Shown one piece after another: positions 49,519 through 55,131 of a DNA stretch of 55,131 nucleotides (within the stretch, counting starts at the first letter, position 1; each line of letters begins with the position of its first letter). The notes under the pieces were generated by a model that was not told where the DNA came from, searched no databases, and saw nothing but the letters and a program-made list of their open reading frames with translations. This DNA comes from an uncultured Kangiella sp. Its GTDB lineage: Bacteria; Pseudomonadota; Gammaproteobacteria; Enterobacterales; Kangiellaceae. The stretch covers positions 1 through 55,131 of the forward strand of contig CAZOBX010000005.1 in assembly GCA_964578045.1 (NCBI GenBank), read 5' to 3'. Made by a program: the position numbers and the translations under genes.

Positions 49519-50013
49519 ATGGTTATTATTCATACAAACCTAGGTGATATAAAAATCGCTTTAAATTCAGAGAAAGCCCCAGAAACAGTGAAGAACTTTC
49601 TGGAATACGTCAATTCTGGACACTTTGAAGGTACAATTTTTCATCGTGTGATCGAAAACTTTATGATCCAGGGCGGTGGATTTGATCCGGACATGAATCA
49701 AAAATCAGTCAATGCGCCCATCAAATGCGAATCAAACAATGGTTTATCCAATAAAGTTGGCACCGTTGCAATGGCCAGAACTAGCGATCCTCATTCAGCA
49801 ACAGCGCAATTTTTTATCAATACCAAAGATAATGATTTTCTCGATTTCACCGCCGAATCTACGCAAGGTTGGGGTTACTGCGTATTTGCTGAAGTAGTCG
49901 AAGGCATGGCTGTCGTTAACCAGATCAAAATGGTTGAAACCAGTTTTGCATCAGGTATGCAAGATGTGCCGGTTGAAAACGTTATGATCACTAAAGTAAC
50001 AATTGAAGAATAA
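49519..50013 (+). CDS. ppiB: Peptidyl-prolyl cis-trans isomerase B (cyclophilin type)
   Basis: Cyclophilin similarity starts at the ATG at 49519 ([13 protein letters not shown]). The [15 protein letters not shown] motif is present. The 52 upstream codons in the track ORF are probably not coding. Confidence 0.9.
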   Translation: MVIIHTNLGDIKIALNSEKAPETVKNFLEYVNSGHFEGTIFHRVIENFMIQGGGFDPDMNQKSVNAPIKCESNNGLSNKVGTVAMARTSDPHSATAQFFINTKDNDFLDFTAESTQGWGYCVFAEVVEGMAVVNQIKMVETSFASGMQDVPVENVMITKVTIEE

Positions 50014-50027
50014 ACTCAATTTTGACG

Positions 50028-50774
50028 ATGACACAAACAACCCATATCATATCCGATCTGCACTTATGTCAAACTAAGCCCAATTTGTTTGCGCTGTTTG
50101 AACATTACATGCAGAATATTGCTATTCAAAGCAATCAGCTTTTTGTCTTAGGCGATTTGTTTGAAGTGTGGATTGGCGATGATTGTTTGGAAATAGAAAG
50201 TCCAAATACTCAGCTCTATCGTGATGTTATTTCTTTATTTAAGAATTATAGCAATCATCACGGAGAGTTATTTTTTATCCATGGAAATCGCGACTTCTTA
50301 TTATCTGAAGAATTCGAAAAACAAACCGGTGGAAAGCTATTACGAGAACCCTACTTTCTAGAATTATCTGGTAAAAAAACCGCTTTAATGCACGGTGATA
50401 GTTTATGCACTGATGATGTGGCCTACCAGGAATTCAGGACCATGGTTCGAAATCCTCAATGGCAAAAGGAATTCCTCTCCCTACCAATGGAAAAGAGAAT
50501 TGAGATTGCCTCTGGACTTCGCCAACAAAGTAAAGATGCCCAGGCAGAAAAGTCGATGGAAATTATGGATGTTAATCAAAACAGTGTTGAAGATTTTTTT
50601 GCGCAAAACGGTATTGACTGGTTGATCCATGGGCATACGCATCGGCAGGCTACCCATGAATTGAGTGTTAATGATAAACAAGTTAAGCGGATTGTTTTGA
50701 GTGATTGGGGTGAAAAAGGATTTTATCTATCAGCAAAAAAGCAATGTGTAGATGAACATTATTTTAGTCTTTAA
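50028..50774 (+). CDS. lpxH: UDP-2,3-diacylglucosamine diphosphatase
   Basis: Calcineurin-like metallophosphoesterase motifs are present: DLHL, GDLFEVWIGDD, GNRDFL, HGD and HGHTH. Confidence 0.9.
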   Translation: MTQTTHIISDLHLCQTKPNLFALFEHYMQNIAIQSNQLFVLGDLFEVWIGDDCLEIESPNTQLYRDVISLFKNYSNHHGELFFIHGNRDFLLSEEFEKQTGGKLLREPYFLELSGKKTALMHGDSLCTDDVAYQEFRTMVRNPQWQKEFLSLPMEKRIEIASGLRQQSKDAQAEKSMEIMDVNQNSVEDFFAQNGIDWLIHGHTHRQATHELSVNDKQVKRIVLSDWGEKGFYLSAKKQCVDEHYFSL

Positions 50775-51055
50775 ACTTGTTCAGCAATTAGGAGCCCTTG
50801 CTATTTTTGGTGCTGTCACAATGTGCGGTTTTTAAAAATGTAGGCGAAACCGGAGCTTTTAAAATTCCAAACCATTACCTTGTTAAGTGCGCCTGTTATA
50901 TATTAAGTTCTTGGGCTTCACGCACGATAAACGTAATAGCTTATCTAAAAAATCGTCTATAAAATGACTGTCGATATCATTTCAACAGATACAGAAGATC
51001 TTGTTCAGGTCACCTTAATGCCTACCTTAAACAAGTTAAACAAATTTTGAGTATT

Positions 51056-54000
51056 CTAACTTAATCTTTCCATTTTATAATGCGCCACGATAAATAGATC
51101 TTCCACCTCATCGGGAGAGCTGGTAAGGTTTGTATAATCAGATGATACATTGTGCTTTATTCTTAAGCTCATTTCTTTTGTGATATCAACTTCTTCAAGC
51201 GTTAGTCCCGCATCAGTTTCATTCAATGTTGCCACATTCAGTTCACCGTAATTGTTATTTTTAGGTGCAGTGATTTCTGAAGAAATAACCAAGTCTTCGT
51301 TGAAGTTAGTCGTAGACAGGATCATGTGATAATCTCCATCTTTCTGACATTTAGCCAAGATATCAATCTTCATCACAATAATAGTGTTATCTTGGATGAA
51401 GAAGGGAAATCGTTGCTTGCCAAGAGTGAAGCTCAATTTTTGTTCGGCGCCAGCAACAGAGGGGACCAAAAACCTGCGCCATTCTGTAGGGAATTCATGG
51501 CGCATACTGAACATTTGCATTAGTGGCTGTTCGGATAGTTCAGCCTCATTCGTAATAAATTTCTTGATGTATTCAATGGCTTCTCTCTTGAATAAACCAC
51601 CGTTTTCTCTGGCCCTATAATTGACATGCATAATGACATCAGAAATCGTCGAATAATCAAACTGCCTCAGCTCTTTTTCTGTGGTGAGTTCTATATGCCA
51701 AGTGCTGATGGCTCCCGCACCTTCAAACGGCAAGTAACGTTCATCACGGAAATTGAATTCAAACATGCCGGGGTCATTTTGTGCTCTACTGGTTGCAATT
51801 GACGTAACAGGGACATTGCTGCGACGAAAACGAACATCATCGATCCATACTCCTTCATCATTTTCATGTTCATAGGATCCTTCACTGTTCATTGAAGTCT
51901 TAATACGGGTGGTATTTTTTATCAAATGCAGTGAGCAATTAACGGTAGTATGTGAACCCGCAACGCATGGGATTGAAAGACTCACTGATTTTATTCTTCT
52001 GAAATAGTGCCCCTGAAAGTCGAGATCAAACAGTTCTTCTGGGAGAGACAGCTGACATTTACCGGTCTCGCGCAGTTCAATTAATGCCAAAGGGTTGAGC
52101 AACGCAAGGGAAACGTTTTTCAATAATTCGAGATCTCGCCTATTTTTCCCGAGATATGACTTCTCTAACTGCCGCAGCGCAAGTTGCAGCTTTTCGCCCG
52201 AGACTAATCCTTGCTTTGAACCATCCCAATAACCGAAATGAATAAAATTGGTCGTTTCTGTGCCCAGCTCGTATTGGTATGCTCTTTCAGCTTCTTTAGC
52301 CATATCAAAGGCGAGAAAATAACTCTGTTTGTAGACGGAGAACAACTGCTCTTTCATCCATTGATAGAGCTCTTGGTTGGTAAATTTATCTTTCAGGAAT
52401 AGTTCAATGTCTTTAGCATTTTTAATTTGTTGGTCATGGTTTTCCAACTCTTTTTTCGCTATCTGTATTCGAATATCCGCTGAAGTGATTTGTTTATCCA
52501 GTTGAATGATTTCTTTGGCAGCAAGATTGGCTTGTAAGGTCCAGTCTTGTTCTCTGCGGATGTAGATTGCCATTGTGGCCGCTTGTGCCGCCTCATATGC
52601 ATAAACTTGACTAAAGATTTGTGGTACCTTTGCAAGAGCAGAAGTCGCTGCACCAAGATGAGAACCGCCAAAATTGAGCGTAGTTCCCATACCTAAGGGC
52701 TCAACATTAAGTTCAAGATTTGGAAGTGCATTCATGACTCCTGCTAGCCCTTCCATGCTCGTTGCAACCTGTTGCGAAATCATTGAGTCATTAGATTTAT
52801 CAAGCGCTTCCTTTTCCTTTGGGATTAACTTCACATTGCTATCGTTACTTTCGACAGGTGACGTATCTACATCCGTTTGAACTGTTGCAATGATTGTATC
52901 CCCTGGAAGTACATCACCCGCTTTAAATTCAGGTACAGAAGGGATCGTGACGGCTATGCCGCCTATAAGACCTAGATACTTTTGCATACGAAATGATGTG
53001 GCTTCGCGGCTCTTTAACAGATTTTCCCTATTTACCTTCGCATCCATGATCTGTCGTTTTCTAATCCCTGTGATTAGCTCAAGCATATTCGCTTCATGAG
53101 ATATGCGCATGCGACTCAGCTTTTCAGCATCTTTTTTCTCCAAGGCAGAAAGCACGGCTGAACCCAATGCTTCTACATCATTACAAAATTCATTCGCCTT
53201 TTGAATGAGATAGGTGAAACGGTAAATGGGCGGGGGGCTATTTAAATCACCTAAAATAGTATCCAGACTCAGGCCTTGTGAAGCTGCCCGAACAAGCATC
53301 GCCGGGTCGATCGGAGGCGCAAACAGCGCCAAGGTTCGTTCCACACCTTCGATATCTTGACAATGACGGATTTTATATAACCGATCTGCTACGATATCCC
53401 AATATTCGAGCAGCTTCTCATTATTTGGAATGCAAAAGTACAGGGCAGATCCGATGCCGAGCAGGCTGGTCCCAGGTGAAGGGTTACTCGTATTGACTTC
53501 ACTGCTGAAGGGGAAACTATTTTCGAGTTCAACAAGTGCATTTGAAAAATCGTCCCATTTGTATTGCAGGCTGCTATAAGTTTCGGCCTTTATTGTGCCT
53601 CGCTTGGGCACAACTTCAGGACGGGGACCCAAAACATGGTTGGCAATCACATAGAGTTGCAAGGCTTCATAAATACTTTCCCGAGTAAACTGACGGAACA
53701 GGGAATCGCTCCAGTTTATCAGGTTCTCTACGTACTTAATGACAACATGCTTCATATAAGCAATTGGTCTGTTGCTGGCGACAAGATGTGTATCGAAGGG
53801 ATTATTACGCCATTCACTGATAATGGCATTGCCTGGATTATTGGGATTGGTATTGGGAGAGAGCCCACTGAACCATTCTTCCAGTCTCGTACCCTCTGTG
53901 GTTTTGAACGGCAAAACCTTCCAATAACGCGACACCTCACTCTCACCGTTGCCGGGTATCTCATCTGTCGTGGGGTCAAAAATGCAATGAAACCATTTCA

Positions 54001-55131
54001 TTGCGTCTTCATACTTGCCGTTTCGGCTTAACCGTGTCGCAATGTAAAGTGGGGCGTGAAAAAAGAGTTCCCAATTATAGAGACTATTTGCACCATAGAC
54101 ATCAAAACAAATATTTTCTTGATAAGCCGTTCGTTGAGAGGGTGGTGCTGAAAAATTTGATCTGTTTTTTACCAGCCCAGAGAGAATATTAGGTGCGTAG
54201 GTACCAAAAGTTGCACCTTGATCAGAAGGAATGTCTGTATTACTTTTCATCAATGAAACGATACCATCCTGATTTATTCGTGAGACATATTCGCTCGAAA
54301 AAGGATGGTAAAAAGTGTGAAACTCGAGTCCTTTGTCTATTTGGCTTGGCAATAGGGACATCTCGCCATATCCTTTGTCCAACGTCGTACCAAAGGCATC
54401 ATTGATCTTTGACGATCTCATCTGATAATTATTTAAATTTTTTGATATCGGTAGAGCAGTATCATTCGATGCAGTTGAGATTGCGCCGATTGAAGCGGAA
54501 TCGTTGGAGCTCATTGCCGATAATTCGGTTTCTATCGGATAGAGGCTTTTTTGAATAATGCTCATTGAAATCGGTTTGTTTGCCGCTGGCGTTTTAACAA
54601 CTTCGACGACCCTGTCTTTATTTGGTCGAACAAAGTAGGTACGGTCAGCATCGCTAAAGAATAAAGGATCATTAAGCGTTATCTTTGTGCCTAGCATTTT
54701 ATTAATGGGAAGCAATTTATGATTCCTTACGGTGGTATAAAGATAAACGTCATCCAATAATTCTAGGTGTGCATACCACCTCGCTCGGCTAGAAAAAGCA
54801 ATGTAATAATTCCCTTCGATAAATTGAGAATGCAGGTCCGGCAAAAAACTAGCAGATAATTGTACTTTTGATTGAATATCTGAAAATATGAACTCTTGTC
54901 CAGTTTTTATGTTATTGGCTATACTTGTCATCGTAATCACTAGATTTTGTGTAGTTGAGTTGACTTTGGCGGTAAATAGTAGAGCCTTTGGCGCTAAATA
55001 TGTAACATCTGCAGGTAGGCTAGTAAATTCCTTGGATAACTGCTTCACACTCCATTTTTCATTTACACGCTCACTCCAGGCTAATTTTATTTCCCAATTT
55101 TCAACAGGCTCCAGCTCCCTTAAGGGAGCTG
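51056..55131 (-). CDS. Tc toxin complex A-subunit (TcA/TcdA/TcaB-like) protein, C-terminal ~1357 codons; 5' end beyond the window
   Basis: Conserved TcA motifs include LAWSE...KWS and YNWELFFHAPLYIATRLSRNGKYEDAMKWFHCIFDP. Also present are RYWKVLPF, NPFDTHLVASNRPIAYMKHVVIKYVENLINWSDSLF, and long pore-forming/coiled-coil and C-terminal TcB-binding-like regions. I translated 55049-55129 by hand: the frame is open to the window edge (APLRELEPVENWEIKLAWSERVNEKWS), so the GTG at 55048 is internal. Confidence 0.85.
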   Translation of the reverse strand, partial: APLRELEPVENWEIKLAWSERVNEKWSVKQLSKEFTSLPADVTYLAPKALLFTAKVNSTTQNLVITMTSIANNIKTGQEFIFSDIQSKVQLSASFLPDLHSQFIEGNYYIAFSSRARWYAHLELLDDVYLYTTVRNHKLLPINKMLGTKITLNDPLFFSDADRTYFVRPNKDRVVEVVKTPAANKPISMSIIQKSLYPIETELSAMSSNDSASIGAISTASNDTALPISKNLNNYQMRSSKINDAFGTTLDKGYGEMSLLPSQIDKGLEFHTFYHPFSSEYVSRINQDGIVSLMKSNTDIPSDQGATFGTYAPNILSGLVKNRSNFSAPPSQRTAYQENICFDVYGANSLYNWELFFHAPLYIATRLSRNGKYEDAMKWFHCIFDPTTDEIPGNGESEVSRYWKVLPFKTTEGTRLEEWFSGLSPNTNPNNPGNAIISEWRNNPFDTHLVASNRPIAYMKHVVIKYVENLINWSDSLFRQFTRESIYEALQLYVIANHVLGPRPEVVPKRGTIKAETYSSLQYKWDDFSNALVELENSFPFSSEVNTSNPSPGTSLLGIGSALYFCIPNNEKLLEYWDIVADRLYKIRHCQDIEGVERTLALFAPPIDPAMLVRAASQGLSLDTILGDLNSPPPIYRFTYLIQKANEFCNDVEALGSAVLSALEKKDAEKLSRMRISHEANMLELITGIRKRQIMDAKVNRENLLKSREATSFRMQKYLGLIGGIAVTIPSVPEFKAGDVLPGDTIIATVQTDVDTSPVESNDSNVKLIPKEKEALDKSNDSMISQQVATSMEGLAGVMNALPNLELNVEPLGMGTTLNFGGSHLGAATSALAKVPQIFSQVYAYEAAQAATMAIYIRREQDWTLQANLAAKEIIQLDKQITSADIRIQIAKKELENHDQQIKNAKDIELFLKDKFTNQELYQWMKEQLFSVYKQSYFLAFDMAKEAERAYQYELGTETTNFIHFGYWDGSKQGLVSGEKLQLALRQLEKSYLGKNRRDLELLKNVSLALLNPLALIELRETGKCQLSLPEELFDLDFQGHYFRRIKSVSLSIPCVAGSHTTVNCSLHLIKNTTRIKTSMNSEGSYEHENDEGVWIDDVRFRRSNVPVTSIATSRAQNDPGMFEFNFRDERYLPFEGAGAISTWHIELTTEKELRQFDYSTISDVIMHVNYRARENGGLFKREAIEYIKKFITNEAELSEQPLMQMFSMRHEFPTEWRRFLVPSVAGAEQKLSFTLGKQRFPFFIQDNTIIVMKIDILAKCQKDGDYHMILSTTNFNEDLVISSEITAPKNNNYGELNVATLNETDAGLTLEEVDITKEMSLRIKHNVSSDYTNLTSSPDEVEDLFIVAHYKMERLS

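Noticed and set aside
53564-54031. 155-aa plus-strand ORF and the other antisense or alternate-frame track ORFs inside long genes (e.g. 5831..6171, 8294..9755, 36276..36638, 45559..45999, 49028..49285)
   Set aside because: All are nested within strongly supported genes, either on the opposite strand or in another frame of the same strand, and show no family similarity. They are typical shadow ORFs.

Overview
By eye this is an AT-rich, gene-dense chromosomal segment with gammaproteobacterial gene order. Most genes lie on the minus strand in conserved housekeeping clusters: tldD-yjgA-pmbA; C-N hydrolase-yhdP-rng-maf-mreD-mreC; lepA-lepB-DUF4845-rnc-era-recO-pdxJ-acpS; a MarR, DUF3524 glycosyltransferase and lpxL group; agmatinase; a heterodimeric E1alpha/E1beta/E2 2-oxoacid dehydrogenase; pepN; a MocR regulator divergent from an EamA transporter; a 7TMR-DISM histidine kinase; fabA-fabB; cysS; ppiB-lpxH. 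I saw no rRNA, tRNA, CRISPR array, transposase or integrase. Seven things fall outside ordinary housekeeping. (1) A dispersed family of about 197-bp elements bounded by terminal inverted repeats: two full copies, one edge-truncated copy and at least one solo end, all at gene boundaries. One copy supplies the stop codon of a gene. (2) A separate 262-266-bp MITE-like insertion with perfect 33-bp terminal inverted repeats has rewritten the 3' end of a secreted-protein gene, and the pre-insertion C-terminus can be reconstructed. (3) The C-terminal ~1357 codons of a TcA-like (Tc toxin complex A subunit) gene run off the right edge, next to lpxH, with no TcB/TcC downstream. (4) A GC-rich, ORF-free, hairpin-rich ~190-nt island between fabA and fabB has a plus-strand intrinsic terminator and is a candidate sRNA. 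(5) A 9-bp x5 tandem repeat sits in the MocR/EamA divergent promoter. (6) mreC appears to start at ATT and lacks an adjacent mreB. (7) A near-consensus sigma-54 promoter motif precedes a small hydrophobic ORF. All homology calls come from reading the supplied translations and recalling family motifs; no database search was run.
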